A DNA stretch of 63,730 bases, filler included, from Catajapyx aquilonaris (taxonomy: Eukaryota): the NCBI GenBank assembly GCA_000934665.2. It is 4 parts of 4 records of this genome, joined end to end, with 100 filler letters (N's around TTAATTAATTAA, not from the genome) between each part and the next. Parts side by side here need not be neighbours in the genome. Positions count along the whole stretch, not along the records: positions 47,887 to 63,730 come from JYFJ02007370.1; 3 more parts are not named here. One strand, 5' to 3'. The notes beneath the pieces are model-generated. The model did no database searches and was not told the DNA's origin. It worked only from the letters and a program-made list of their open reading frames with translations. The translations under genes and the position numbers were made by a program. Of the stretch, positions 48,271 through 62,091 are shown in pieces. Position 1 is the stretch's first letter. The number at the start of each line of letters is the position of its first letter.

Positions 48271-49873
48271 ATTCGGTATGACGTCACGTTCAGCCCGCCT
48301 CTACCTGGCTGTTCGCTCCTATCACATCCACGAATCACTGCGCATGCTCAGAAAACACGGCTGCTGTGACGTCAGACCATTCTTTCCTTTAAAGTACTGT
48401 ACTTATTCAGCCCGGGCAAAAAAGAAGGCCCAAACCTTTGGATATACACTCAACTAATTTGCATGCACCAGCTCCGTCTTTGTAGTCGTCATAAAAACTT
48501 GTTTTTGAAAAAGAAGATGTAAGGCTTATACACCTAAATTCCCGTCGTGTAACTAACACCATCCTTTGCACAGGAAGATCTCCCACAGTGACAAGTAGTG
48601 CACTATAGATACTTTGCATTAAGGGGAGCTAAGAAGCATCTTTGACGGATTGAGAGGGCTTCTTCCTTCGATTTCCAGGTTCTAATCTCTCGGAGCGGAT
48701 TTGTGCCGCTGAATTACCAACACGACAAGAGAGGAAACTGGGAAACGCGCAACAGGCGATGGAGTAAGAACCGAAAAGAGCCCTTTGAAATTGGAAGCCT
48801 ATATACCTCAGCACAGGAAGACATCCTCACGTCTTCACTTCCAAAATAGGATCAAAAACTCGGAAAATATTTTACAGAAATGGGATGGATCATTTAAAAA
48901 ATAAAAACTTGTTACTTACTGCACCACTTAGTTGTTCAAATACAAAAAAATGGTGAACAATAAAAATTAGCGCATAGCGTTTGTTTTAGTGCGTGTTTAC
49001 ACTGCGAATGGTAATTTATTGGCAAGTAAACAATCCATTTTATCGCTCAAATTAACAAGAACAGCAATGGGGAAATGACAAAGCTGGTGTTTTGTCATAA
49101 AACTCCCTCGCCGTTGATTGCAGCCAGCTGTATTAATATCAGTTCGCATTTAGCACGCTAATTGGCAGCCCCCTAAACAATGCAAAAAAAAAATCATTCC
49201 ACCATCCAAAACTGCTATCGATCTCCAATTGAATGAATGCTGGAGGAGAAATCCAAGTGTCAATTTTAGCACCCGTAAGGTGCCCTAATGTTATTGTTTA
49301 CTGTTCATTTACTGATGAAACAAGCATATTTAATTTAGGGGTGTCGTGGTCATTTGAAGCAAGAAAGTGGATAATTAATTAATTAATGCAGTTACATTAC
49401 GGAGCTGTGCTCGCTGATTCACAGCTGCAGGCTTCTCTTTAAACAGTTAATTCAGTCGGAGACTATAGTATGACGTAACAGGCCTGTACTTGTTAGTTCC
49501 ATTGTTGGCAGTCATTGTTGCCCAATGTGTTTTAGCACCACTCTCTGTATAATATAGCTGTGATAAATCTATAGAACGTAAATGTTAACAAGCAGCCCCA
49601 CTACAGTGTAGTCACACAATGAAGGGTGTTTCGTAATGATTTAGACAGACCTATAGGAGACGAAGCTCGTGGGCAGTACAAAGGAGTATTATTTGGTCTT
49701 CGAAGCATTGTTACTGAGATAATTCGTTTTAAAGAAAAATAAAAAGTAAAACCCGTCAGATCTTCCTTTTGTGCGCAATTTATTGTTCCATGACGTCTCA
49801 TAGCCACCCGGTCTTCAATTTTTGTCAAATGGCCACACTTCCGTTTCATGGATCTGTACCATGTTTTAGGATG

Positions 49874-50010
49874 TATGGGGCTCAAATTGTTTTGGCCACT
49901 TTATCCTGATCTTGAAGCAACCCTTCGCACAGGCCCCACATTGAGGAGGTGCGTGTGAAGGGTTGCTTCAAGACCAAGATAAAGTGGCCCAAAACAATTT
50001 GAGCCCCATA
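49874..50010. mobile_element. Hairpin mini-MITE, same family as 39737-39865
   Basis: TATGGGGCTCAAATTGTTTTGGCCACTTTATC ... GATAAAGTGGCCCAAAACAATTTGAGCCCCATA. Confidence 0.82.
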
Positions 50011-50870
50011 GTATATCGCGAGAATTTTGATCGTCGTAGTAGTATCTATATATGCCTGTGATTAGCCCGACAGCACTTTCATTCTATGGCATCTCCCCAA
50101 AATGAGTATACTTGAGCTAGTCAGTGAGAAGTCATTCAATTTTTGTTCCCAGAAGGTGTGACATGTAATGAAATATTTCTACAGATGGTATACCAATTTG
50201 GAAGAGCGTGCCTGGCACTACAAAACAAGTCAAAAAGGATCGTCAACAGGTTATTCACAGAGACCCACTAAAAGTGATCATAAATGACCCTATACCATAG
50301 AAATGCAATAGAAGTTGGCATAACAAATCTAAGGGCTAATTATTTCTTATTAATTTTTCTAGAGACTCTTAAGAGTAGGTGGATGGGTGTTTGATGCCGG
50401 TCCAAGTTAGCCTTAGTTGGCAAGTAAGTCTGAGCAGGGTTGCTGCTTCCCTCTCCGCTAGCTAGCTGGCATCCCTGGAAAGTGTCCCCCAGGCTGTTGG
50501 CTACGAGCTGATTACAATTAGCAACGAAGCGTGGCCTTCCGCTGCCGCCCCTGTTTGTTCTGCTTGCTGACTCTTTCCCTCTCCCTTGCTGCACACTCAC
50601 TCCATTCTCTCCTACCTACCTTCCTACCTATACCTACTAGGCGCCGTGTGCCCCTTTGCCAGACACTGGAACCCATGCTGCATATTCGCTCTCTTAATGG
50701 GAATCAGGTGTGCAGGTAATGCCTGACATGCATCGGTAACCAGCTTTGTCAGCTGCGGTCCAACCCACCATTATCTTATCCATAAGCCTCATGTCAAAGA
50801 CATGACAACTCGCAGATGTCTGCACGAAATTGTACTTTCTAGCAATTTAGTTGCAGCATAATTATACTAA

Positions 50871-51452
50871 CAAGGGAAGGTCACAGGGTGATAATGACGG
50901 ATCTTGATGAAATTTAACATGCTAATACAGGACAATATATGATACCCAAAAATGAAATATTTCGTGCGGAGGCCCATATTTGCAAAAGTTATGACGTCTT
51001 AAAGTTCCAAAAATAGTACATTTTCATTGAGTTCATAATGGGATTACATTAGCGACCACATATAAGACCACATTGAAGTGTGTAATCAGTTTCTACACTT
51101 TGTCTCGGAAAAAGTCCTACATAACGGCTCTGTACCTCTTACGGTTTAGGTTTAGGCCTTGATACCTGTCCACAGACGGACGGACGAACAGAGCCGTTCT
51201 GTAGGACTTTTTCCGATGAGATAAAGCGGTGTAGAAACTGATTACATACTTCAATGTCATTATATGTGGTCGCTAATGTAATCCCATTGTCTATGAATTA
51301 AATGTATTATTTTTGGAACTTTAAGACGTCATAACTTTTGTAAATATGGGCCTCCGCACGAAATATTTCATTTTTGGGTATCATATATTGTCCTGTACTA
51401 GTATGTTAAATTTCATCAAGATCCGTCATTATCACCCCGTGACCTTCCCTTG
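50871..51452. mobile_element. Palindromic element with ~260-bp arms and a (GACG)n microsatellite in the loop
   Basis: TAA|CAAGGGAAGGTCACAGGGTGATAATGACGGATC ... GATCCGTCATTATCACCCCGTGACCTTCCCTTG|TAA. Confidence 0.85.
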
Positions 51453-52092
51453 TAAGATTCTGCAATGTGACCCCTCTCTCTTTTTTGAACCGTCAACTTG
51501 TGCAAAGTAATGCCTCGTATATGAAATATAATATTTTCCCCAACACTTAGGAAGCCTTTGTCGAATTCTGGCTGATGCACGCTCTAAATATCACATAGGC
51601 AGTACCGCCTCAGGCCCAGACCAGCCTTGTCGGTCTGGCTTAGGTTGGGTACTTTTTTGGCGGTTTCTGCATGAGCGTATCCGTTTTGAAATCCTACGCA
51701 TCGCGTTTTCACGAACGAGCATGAGCACAAGTCAGATTAATGTTTTGTGGAGAGTCAGCTTGCAAGATAAATGTTGTCATGCACATCACACAACATTAAA
51801 AAAAAGATGAAAATGCAGGGAAAATGAAAACCTGCCCTTTTCTTAGTGTGATGTGATTTTTCAATAAAGCCTTGCCCCAAGTTCCCAACTTCCACTTTCC
51901 TCTGCCTTATTTTCAATATGGTATGTGATGGAATATATGCCACAACCACCATCATGCCCCACGATATGATTGCGTTTACCGATATTGCCAGTGACCAACA
52001 ATGCAATGACATTGAATTATTGAAACAAAGCCATAAATCACAGTAAAATTTGAAGAAGCAAAGCTTCAAAAGAGTGACTATAGCTCACTTAG

Positions 52093-52374
52093 CCCTGGAA
52101 CCGTGACATGGAGTCTTTTAGGACCCCAGAGGAAGTAGAATGCATTAAAATGATAATTACAATGAACTTTTGCCATTTTTAAGAGTATATAACAGGACGT
52201 GCATGTTTATTTTGAATTAGCGATAATTTTAGGCATTGTTTAAAGAATGATTGCTTATAGTCAATACATTGAAAAGTGTTATATGAAAATTAATAAAAAT
52301 TAAAATATGGATGGGGTCCTAAAAGACCCCACGTCACGGTTGCCGTAACTTTCAGGCACGTCACGGTTCCAAGG
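52093..52374. mobile_element. piggyBac-like MITE
   Basis: TTAG|CCCTGGAACCGTGAC ... GTCACGGTTCCAAGG|TTAA, with asymmetric subterminal repeats. Confidence 0.65.
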
Positions 52375-55300
52375 TTAATATCGATCGTAGGGAATTTCTA
52401 TACTGATTATATTAATCTCAAAAGAGCAAGGAAGGCATGTAGACCAAGACAAAAATTAATGGAGAAATTTTGATAATTTTTGGAAATTTCGAAAATTTGA
52501 AATTAACTGCATTAAACGCGCATTTCAATATTATTTTCCAGATAAGAATGGGGCAAAAATGGTTCGCTGTGAAAGCTATTATCTGTGAGTAGTCCACAAT
52601 ATTATTGACGTCCTGTACGAAAATGTTGTTGGTATAAGTAGTTCATCTGCAAAATGTTTAATTTATTCACGTTTAACTCGGAAATTTGGTTCAAAAAAGT
52701 AATTTAAATATTATCAATATTAATAAAATCGAGACAAGTGGCCTATACTTATGGCCTCTTTACAGGTTCCACAAGGAACCTTTTAACAGTATTGTGCACA
52801 TGATTGAATAGAGAGCCAGAGCCATCAGAAGCGGGAAGCTATAGAAGACCCCCCCCCCCTCCTCCAAAAAGAGCTAAATTTTTCGACGTAACAATTTTTT
52901 AAATTTTAAAAGCAAGGAGAATTTGGTATTTAAATTTCTGTCTTTTAAATTGAATAGATATGTAATCCCATTAACAGCCAAATTTAAAAGTGATTTGTTT
53001 GGACAATTGTATAAAATTTTATTAGTCAAAATAGTGGCCCTTCCTTCTATGTATTCTACCTGCACCTGATCCTATTTATTCTCGGTTTATTTTTGTCAGG
53101 CAAAGTCTCTGATTGTAGTTCTAGAATTTTCAAAAATAAATAAATCGAGGGATAAATGACTCGGTAGTTGACAGTACAGTACAACGTACTTGAAAAGAGC
53201 CGGACTTGGTGCAAGTGCCAACCTACAACGAACTTGACGAGTGATTTACCCCTCGGCGTACGAGACTTTCAACATTATAAAACAAGAGTCTAACCTCAAT
53301 CAGCGAAAAGTCCTGCGGCAATTTGTTGTAAAAAATTAAGTACTGAGGCTTTACAGTGCTGTAAAATTTGTACGCGAAATCCTCAACAACAATTTTTGAA
53401 AGCAGTTATTTGTTCCCAAGGGTTGACAGAAAGGATTGAAAAATGCCTAATGAACCCATATGATTACGTATCAGTACCGTATGCTCTATCCAGTGCTTGT
53501 CGTTAAGTACAAATTAAAATTAAAATTATTAAAATTCGCTGTTAAAGATTTGGCGAAGTAAGTAAGATTTTAACCATTTTTTAATGAATGTGAAAATATG
53601 GCAATGTGTCCGAATCTCCTATCTGATTTGAGCTTCCAAGATAAAAATAGATTTACATCGATCTCTCTAGATTCGATATTCCAATCGCTACTACAGAGCT
53701 CTGCTTCATTCAACCTCATCAGGCAGCCTTATTAAAATTCCTCAACTGAATTCTCACCCTACCTCAAAACCCGATAACTGAGGGCGATAAGAGCTTCTCA
53801 AAGACACGGAGTTGTCGTATGACATTTGACAGCATCTTCTATATAAATACAGCCGTTTGTGAGTCTGTCTGCCTGTCTGTCTGTCCGCCTGCCAACGGTC
53901 ATTTGTCTGCCATCTGTGCTCCACCCCCAGGCCGGGAGAGGATGGAGGTGTTGGAGTAGGAGGACCACAGATGGCATTGGTGGTCGTTTCGGTGTATATA
54001 TTTCTCCTAAATCCTAGAGCAAGACTCATTCCATTAGGTAGCAACATTTACACCGAAACGACATTTGGTTCGTTCCTCGATGCACCAGTGAGATACGATA
54101 CGACTCTAGCTATTCTTCCCCTGGGCGACATTCAAGGCAGTGCGACTTAAGAAAATGACGATCTCTTTGTCTCTCAGGCAGTGTAAACACATCCCCCGAA
54201 CAGAGTAATAGGTGAAGGGGAAAGTGTGGTTAGGAAAGACTGGTGGGGTAGGGTTGGGGTAGAGGGTAGGAGGTAGGGCTGATTTTGGCTTGATTAGACC
54301 CAGTCAGCCCCACACCCCCTCTCGCGTCCCTCATGATGAAGCAGGAAGAGGGAAGTGGAATGAGGTGGGGAAGGAAGGAAATGAGGGAGAAGGCGAATTA
54401 GGGGGAGGAAGATACAAGGAAGAGGCGGAGGAGGATGCGGAGTCAAAGGCCCATGAGGAGATGATGGCCTCCTGACTCAATCTCCATCGCACAGACAGAC
54501 GGGGTTGTCATGTTATTGTCCCTTCTCTCACTCTACGCCAGGCCGAACATCAATTTGTTTACTCCCCGAACCCCAATCATGCGGCTTCCTGGCGCAAATT
54601 GGGAATTACTGGTAATAATTCCAATGTAATTCATATGGAAAGGGCGTCCAATATGCTACAACGCAATCCAATGTCAAATTTTCTCATGCCAGGTCAATAT
54701 TGCAGCATGGCGACAGGTCACAGGCCGAATCCAAAACCATAAACCAATCGTGTTTTTGACTTCCTGAGACCCGAGCTTACCCAAGCAGACAACTATAGTA
54801 CTGTAAAACGGGTTTTTGGACAACAGTGACAGCAGGCGTAAACTAGCGAATTTCGACATGTTTCACTACATTGAGGGATTACCAGAAATTTGTCCATTCG
54901 GACACTGCCGGAAGCGAGAATTTTGCCATAAAAGTGCTCATAACTTCCGTGTATACAAACATATTCAGTTAATTAAAAACATGTCCCGAGGTGTATATCA
55001 GAGGTTTAGTTTACAAAAATAAAACCAGAAAAACGTGTAATAATTAAGTAGATATTTTATTCCACCCGGCCGCGCCCGACCGGACAAATTACTGGTAACG
55101 TGCAGTTTTAGGCGTCATATTAGGTCAATGTCTCTCAGCTAGTGCCTATTCCATCTTAAATCAACATCCTCCAAATTAATATAGATTTTTAAACAAAATT
55201 TTGCTCAGAATTTAATTACGAAATATAAATTTCTTGTTGATGAAATGTTAACGTGTGGTCTAGCATCGATCTCATCATACTGATTGAACTCTAATTAGAT

Positions 55301-57124
55301 TTCGTACCTATTGCTACCTCCTCTTGAAGATATTCACATTCGCTTCTTCTTTAACGTAAAGGCGCATAGTGGCATGCAAATATAGTAACCATCCGATACA
55401 TCATAAGATGACCGCTGGCAAGGTTGCCAAGCTCAGAATATCGAAACGTCGGCCCTGACGGCATGTGTCTCGCATGGCGCAAAATTGAATTTCACGCCGG
55501 CGGCTTTGCAGAAGACGAATGAAGGGTGTTGGTGTGGACTTGTGCCACCCGTTTATCAAAGAGCCATTAATCCCGGAAGTGTAGCGCTCCCGGTGACATA
55601 TGATCCCTGATTATCGCGCTCTAGCTTACTTTTTTTTGGGGGGGGGGGGGGGGNGGTTCCTTTTCCCTGAATTCGGCCTGACCCTAAAAAGGGAGGAGGG
55701 ATAGGTGGAGGAGGGGGATGGACATATCTCCTCCAACACAATGACCTCCTTTGTGCTTTATTACCAGGTGGAAACGTGACCTAGGCTTGGCTGATTCTGT
55801 CATTCTGTCACGGCCATTTATAACCCGGACAGGGAGGGGGTTTGCCCAACATACATATTGCTCTTAATGACCTGGTGTCGAGTAATCCGGTCTCAACACT
55901 CTTTCATGTCTTTTAAAGCTACTCGTAAGACGCACACTTGATGAATGTGATGTCCACGTCCAAAAGAGGATGAGTGGGTGTTCTTTCCTGATAGGTCGCC
56001 CAGACATTGATGGAAAGGGAGAGGGGATGATGTGGGGGATGGGATGGGGAGCTGATTGTCGCCATTTTTCGACAAGTGCTCTGTCTTCCTCACTCTCATC
56101 TTCACTCCGCTCCTTCATATTTGACTGGTGGGAAATATGGCGGTGGGAATGTGCTCTGGCTCACTTTTCTTTCTCTCATGCTCCCCATTTTTCTTCTTTT
56201 TTATCTGCCTTTTCCCGGCTTCGAGGAGAGGGGAAAGAGAAGGCTAGTGTGACAAGCTATCTATATCATCAAATTTTTAGGCGTGTGTCGGTTGACTGGG
56301 CCAACAACATGTGTCGTAAAACCCATTTCCCACGGTTGACCCTCTGCACAAAAGTTGGAAGTGGCAACAATGTAAGCGCATGCGCAGCGTCCATTTCGTT
56401 TGGCTTGGCAGTTGGCAGTGGCTGAGAGGACATCCCGCACTGTACGGCGGTACCACACCTAATTAAAATCCGAAGTCATATTGTGTTACAGCCAGTATGT
56501 TGCTGTTGATATAAGGAACCCACTTGAATTAATCACTTCTGAAAATGAGACGTTCTGCAGCGTTGAAGCCCGTATATTCCAAGCCACGCTGCCGCTGACA
56601 GCTGCAATAAAGCAACGGCCTTTAGGGGCAAGCACAGAGTTTACTTTGTTCCACCTCAGACAGCCATGATCATGAGTCTGAACCCCAGGGTTCAAGTTGC
56701 ATTTTGCGAAAGGGCTCTCAACCACCCTCTGAAGAAGGGGAAAAATAATAAAGAGAGGACCAAAAGGAAAGGGGCCGAAGAAATCTGGCGGCATTGTGGT
56801 TTTGGAGAGGAGGTTTGGTACAAAGTGTGTGAGAACAATCGCGCTGATTCTGAATCTGGCTCCTTCTCTTGTGCCAGAAGCCCCTGGCTCATTCAAAGTA
56901 AGATAAATTGCGGCCACGGAGGAAGATACTCCAAAAAGAGGATAGGGCCCTGTGTGCGCCTTGCAAACCCACAGGCTTATCCGGAGGACAAAGAGGGGCC
57001 TCTCAACTTGGGGGTTTCTGGGATATAGGATGGCGCGTGTGAGTAACGAGAAGGGGAGCTCCCATATCAGCTGGTTCTATAGCACTGTGCTCTATGGTAC
57101 CAGAACTCAACATTTAGATTAGAA

Positions 57125-57197
57125 ACATAAGGATTACTCAAAAAGTCGCTAGACTCATCATTGATGAGTCTAGTGACTTTTTGAGTAATCCTTATGT
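57125..57197. repeat. Near-perfect spacer-less palindrome
   Basis: ACATAAGGATTACTCAAAAAGTCGCTAGACTCATCA T TGATGAGTCTAGTGACTTTTTGAGTAATCCTTATGT. Confidence 0.88.
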
Positions 57198-59417
57198 AAA
57201 GTATATTCCAAGTGTGTAGTTGACTTTCCTACTTTTGCTGCTAGAATGAGAATTTCTCATCATAGCAAACCAAGTATTCAGAACTTTTCAGCATTATATT
57301 CACTCGGAGCAATCGGTCGAACATATCTCAACACATACACTCAACAAAGTTTTGTTCATAATAACCTGGAGGTAAAGGTGCACTAATTAAAACTTGTTAA
57401 CATTATCTCCGCCATCTCAAAGAAAGCTTTAGCAAATAAACCAACCATAAGGGAGCAATTTGTTCTCTAGTATTTTCTTCCTGTTTTTCCCGGCCTCTTT
57501 TTTCCTTTTCCCAGACTGCATCTGAAAGTGCATGTGATGGCGGCCACACCTGTTGCCACTTTGGTCTCAAGTTTGCGGCCGGACCATTGGTCACGGCCTA
57601 TGATTTATGTCTAGAGGCCTCGCCTTCAATTCCCTCGGCGAAAAGCAACGCTTTGCCTCATTTCTCTCGAGGCTCTTAGCAATTGGTCGCTCGAGGAAAA
57701 CGTGGAGAAGTCTGCACTTGCATGGATCATACATAAAAGAAAAGAGTCCAATGGGGGGTGGCCAGCCCAAATTCATTTTCGGGAAAGCTAATTTGGCCTA
57801 ATTTGGCGGTGGACAAGAGAAGGCGAGAGAGAGAAGAAGGGCAATAAAATGGCAGGCGATGATTAGCGGTTATGGGGGCCAACTTCTCCGCAAATGGCGT
57901 AATTCGGCACTAATGGCACCTTTAGCTCTCCTTTTCCCTCTACGCCATTATCGAAGTTTCACCTTGGTCGCTCCCAATTCGGCCGGCACTAATTACCCTT
58001 AAATGGCCCATGGAGGTTTCACCTCTTTTTCCTCCGACCAAAAACGTGTCTGGAGTGTCCCATGTCACCTATCACCAGGACTTTCCTGCATGAATATGAT
58101 GTTATCTAGCTAGAGGTGTAACCCAGCACCTAGGTCCCAATCAAAGATTACATAAAACTAGAACTCAAAATATTGTCGATTTTACTTTGTTTATCGTAAA
58201 GTGCTAGTAGTATATCACATAAAAGACTGCTAAATTAAATAATTAATTTCGCATTTTTCCTCGACTCATACAGAAATAAATACTAGCAAGCGTTCACTGT
58301 ACATAATGTTTATATACTAGACGCAATCTGTACCTGTGTGATTATTCAATATCGACTTAAAATTAAATATATGTATTAATGGCCTATAAAAAGTACTATC
58401 ACAGCTTTATGATAACTGACTGATCATAGAGACTGAAGGATATGGAATATTCCCGGAGTTTGATGAATCGAGTAAAGGATGAGATTTTTAAAACTAATTA
58501 ATCGTACTTTATGACGAGATAAAATAACCCAATTCAACCTCTCCACTGCAAAGTTCCACGGGTCATTAAAGCTCATCCTTGGCCTGCTTCATCAAACGCT
58601 GGAATATTCCACATCCTTGACAATTTCCGTCATTTGGAAATTATTCTCATTAAAACTGGGATGGTAATTTTTGTTGGCCACTAATACAAAAATTCAATTT
58701 TGACTTAATGCTTAATCCTAGATAATTTCCATATTTAGCAACTCTTCACTGTTATCTGCCATAGTTATGAAAGGGGCCAATTAGAATATTTTAAAACACT
58801 AGCATAATGAAGTGAGATGCTCAATAGTAACTCTTATGCGTCTGTGGTTACATAAATAAACTATTGCCATTGCAGGTAATAATTATTTTCATGCACCGCA
58901 GCCATATGCAAGTGACGTCATGAAATTACTCTCAATACTTCATTAGTATTATTTACGGCAACACCGATACCAATAATTTATTCATATTGTGTTCATATCA
59001 TTCCAAAGCCTTGACATATGGGGGATTTAACTGTTTTGATTTTCATGCAGCAGACAGTACATAAACTACATGTGCATTCCTATTCATAAATACAAGTTAT
59101 TCACGTACTCCATAATAATAGGAAAGTGCATATATTAAATGAGTCATTCTAAAATAATTTACTAACTCGCACTTTCATGTCCTGAAAATGGAATATTAAT
59201 TTCTCGTCAACCTTTAGTTGCTTTTGCTCCATGCTACTATTACTTTTTAAAGTATTTTATTACCTCATACAAAATGTATTAAATGAGTTTAAAACTTCAT
59301 TTTAATACGAGATAATTTTTTCCCCATCACACCCCGTCTTTTTCTCGCTGTCCGTGATGATGTAAACAGGCCCCAGTGCAAAGAAACGAACGGACCATCC
59401 CATGGTCTTAGAATACT

Positions 59418-59727
59418 AAGGTCTGGACACTCCCTCTTATCACCTGCCGGGGCGTTTTGCATGAGGTGCTCACTTGAGAGCGCCATGAGACCGCTTTTCA
59501 CTGCTCTATTATGTGGCGACCCTACCGGACTACGCTGAACTAAGGTAGAAGGAAAGCCGCTACATACGGGCCCAACATGGCCGCCGGCGACCATGTTGGG
59601 TCCCCCAATGTAGCGCTTCCCTTTTGTACCTATAAAGTTCAGCGTAGTCCGGTAGGGTCGCCACATAATATAGCAGTGAAAGGTCTCATGGCGCTCTCGG
59701 GTGAGCACCTCATGCAAAACGATAAGA
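59418..59727. mobile_element. Palindromic MITE, same family as 31660-31834
   Basis: CGTTTTGCATGAGGTGCTCAC ... GTGAGCACCTCATGCAAAACG around the centre CATGGCCGCCGGCGACCATG. Confidence 0.8.
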
Positions 59728-60138
59728 ATATATTGATATAGTTTGGCCCGCCGTTTCTCTTCGTGCTTTTTCTGTAAATGTACAGGTATATCTCACGTTA
59801 ACTATTCTTTGGAACCTAGTATAAATTTTAACATTTCAATGAAAATAAAATTGCGCATAATTCTCCAGTTGACAATATATCTCTAAATGTGCATAGGAAT
59901 ATAAGAGTAGCCCAACTCCGCTTGTTGAATGTAGCCTACATGTTTTTGTGCTTTGCCTTGCAAGGTGATTAAAGGGTCAGATTAGGTTATTCGTTTATCC
60001 GTGGAGCTGAAGCCTCCGAGCTGGAACGAATCACTGACTCGGTAAAAAGGTCTTGTTTAATTGCACCGGTATAATATTATGCTTTTGGAACTGTAAAGGT
60101 TTAATTATACTCTTGGTCGAAGTAAGATCCCGAAAATA

Positions 60139-60229
60139 CAGGGTGTTCCAGATTCGTAGGTCACTTTTTAATAACTAATATCGCCCGATAGTAGTTATTA
60201 AAAGTGACCCATGAATCTGGAACACCCTG
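60139..60229. mobile_element. Tc1/mariner-type mini-MITE (TA TSD)
   Basis: TA|CAGGGTGTTCCAGATTC ... GAATCTGGAACACCCTG|TA. Confidence 0.85.
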
Positions 60230-61231
60230 TATATTGATCGCATTATGCCAGTTGACTTTGTGTTCATGGACTGTGACACTGTGTAATCATGTAAGAATAC
60301 CGACCGGTACTATAAAAACACGAATATTGACGTTAATTTGACACCTGAAACAACTGCTAAAAATTCCAGTGTGACGTCCATTTTACACTTCAGTCGTATA
60401 CGCTCCCCTGAGTGGCATACGTGATGTAGTTTGCCATAAAAATAAACCCGAAGTAGGACTAACTCGTCAACCAAACACCCGTGCTAATAGCTACTTTAGC
60501 TGCCACTTTCGTGAACAGCAGCAGCTTGAAAATATGTCCCGGATAGGGGTTACATCGACCAGAAAAGATATATGCATACCCATATACGTGTTATTTTGAC
60601 GTTCGCATTGGATCCAATTAGGACCATTCTAATGCACGTCGCGTTTTGGAGATTAACGAAGCGCGATGGGGAAGTGACGTGTTGTTGACTTTGTGAGCCG
60701 GGTATCCCCCCGCTTCTATCCGGGGAGAGACATGTGGGCTTGGGCAATCCGGGTTACATCCAAGATAGGATGCAAATGACATATCCCACTGCTAACTGGG
60801 AGGGGGGAGGGTTAGATTTGAAAATCCAGGAGTTCCAGATAGTCTCATGTCAGTTGGTTCAATTGACAAGAGCAGTCAGGCCCACTCCCCCTCCGCCGGA
60901 AAATCCGGGCAGTCGCATATCCGTAGATCAACGCAAGTCCACATGCAAGAGTTACAGCCACAAATTGTGGTGGAACAGATTATAATGATCAGTTTATTCA
61001 TATTGAGCCAGGAGTGATGGAAAGTCACGCGCAGGCCATGCTTATACAAAGCTCAGCCACCAACGGGGGATTCTATGTGTGCTGCCATCTGCCAGTTATT
61101 TCGTTTCATTTTCTCTGACCCACCCTTTAACCTCTAAAAACTATAAAACCATAAACCACAGCAAAAGCAAAATAATTTTCAAATACCGAAGCTGCCCGCA
61201 AAAGCTCGGATGCCACGGTCAAGTACGTATA

Positions 61232-61665
61232 CAGGGTTCGGAAATTTAATATACCGTCGCTTTGGGAAATTACAGAGGGGTTCTAGGCGATCACTTTGAG
61301 TATATGCAACATGGGTCTCCGACGCCTCGTTGCCGAGATAATTAGCATTAAATAAAAAGTGTATTATCCCAACTTATAGGTTTCGGCTACTGCTTACGAC
61401 ATTTCCATCGCCTAGGACATTCCCTGCTACACCTAGCAGCATCGTAAATTAAAATTAAATTACATGGTAACACTTTAAATTTAAATGAAAAAAGGTAATG
61501 TCGCGTGGAGGGATGCATACGTGCCAGGATATTTTATACCTTGTGTGTGAAGCACATTATCTCGGTAACTATGCGTCGGAGACGCATGTTGCATATTATA
61601 CTCAAAGTGATCGCCTGGAACCCCTCCATCACTTCCCAAAGCGACGGTAGATTTTCCGAACCCTG
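61232..61665. mobile_element. Tc1/mariner-type MITE (TA TSD)
   Basis: TA|CAGGGTTCGGAAA..TACCGTCGCTTTGGGAA ... TTCCCAAAGCGACGGTA..TTTCCGAACCCTG|TA. Confidence 0.85.
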
Positions 61666-61842
61666 TATAATAAGGTACGTATAATACGTCAAATGAAGGA
61701 AAAATGAAACTTTCCTTAGTATTAAAGGTACTAGATAATTCCGTTTCAGTACACAGCTAAAAAAGAAGCAGGATGTATACAATAAAAATACTGTACATAG
61801 TTTATAATTGCTCTTTGTGCTTAAAATGAGTTTCTGTCAATT

Positions 61843-62091
61843 GAAGGGGTTAGTGCCATAACGTGCTAAGCCACACTTTTGTGTTTTTTGAGCTTGCACG
61901 TGTCTGAAAGTCCCACCATCGTGCTTCACAAGTGGGCATCACGTAGTTAGAAAAATTCCCCATAGATCACGAGAAAATCACGAATAATGTTCCTTGTTTT
62001 GTATGATTTGCCATGTTAAGCCAAACTTTTGAAAGCCCATATCTCAGAATGAAGGTTTTGTGGCTTAGCACGTTATGGCACTAACCCATTC
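61843..62091. mobile_element. MITE with AATT TSD (candidate Sola1-type)
   Basis: AATT|GAAGGGGTTAGTGCCATAACGTGCTAAGCCAC ... GTGGCTTAGCACGTTATGGCACTAACCCATTC|AATT. Confidence 0.8.

Noticed and set aside
53836..54110. Helitron starting TCTATATAAATA with (GTCT)n
   Set aside because: The 5' end is suggestive, but I found no convincing 3' hairpin-CTRR terminus.
55864..57030. Several 120-150-aa ORFs as genes
   Set aside because: They are low-complexity translations of purine/pyrimidine tracts, overlap on both strands and have no domains or splice support.
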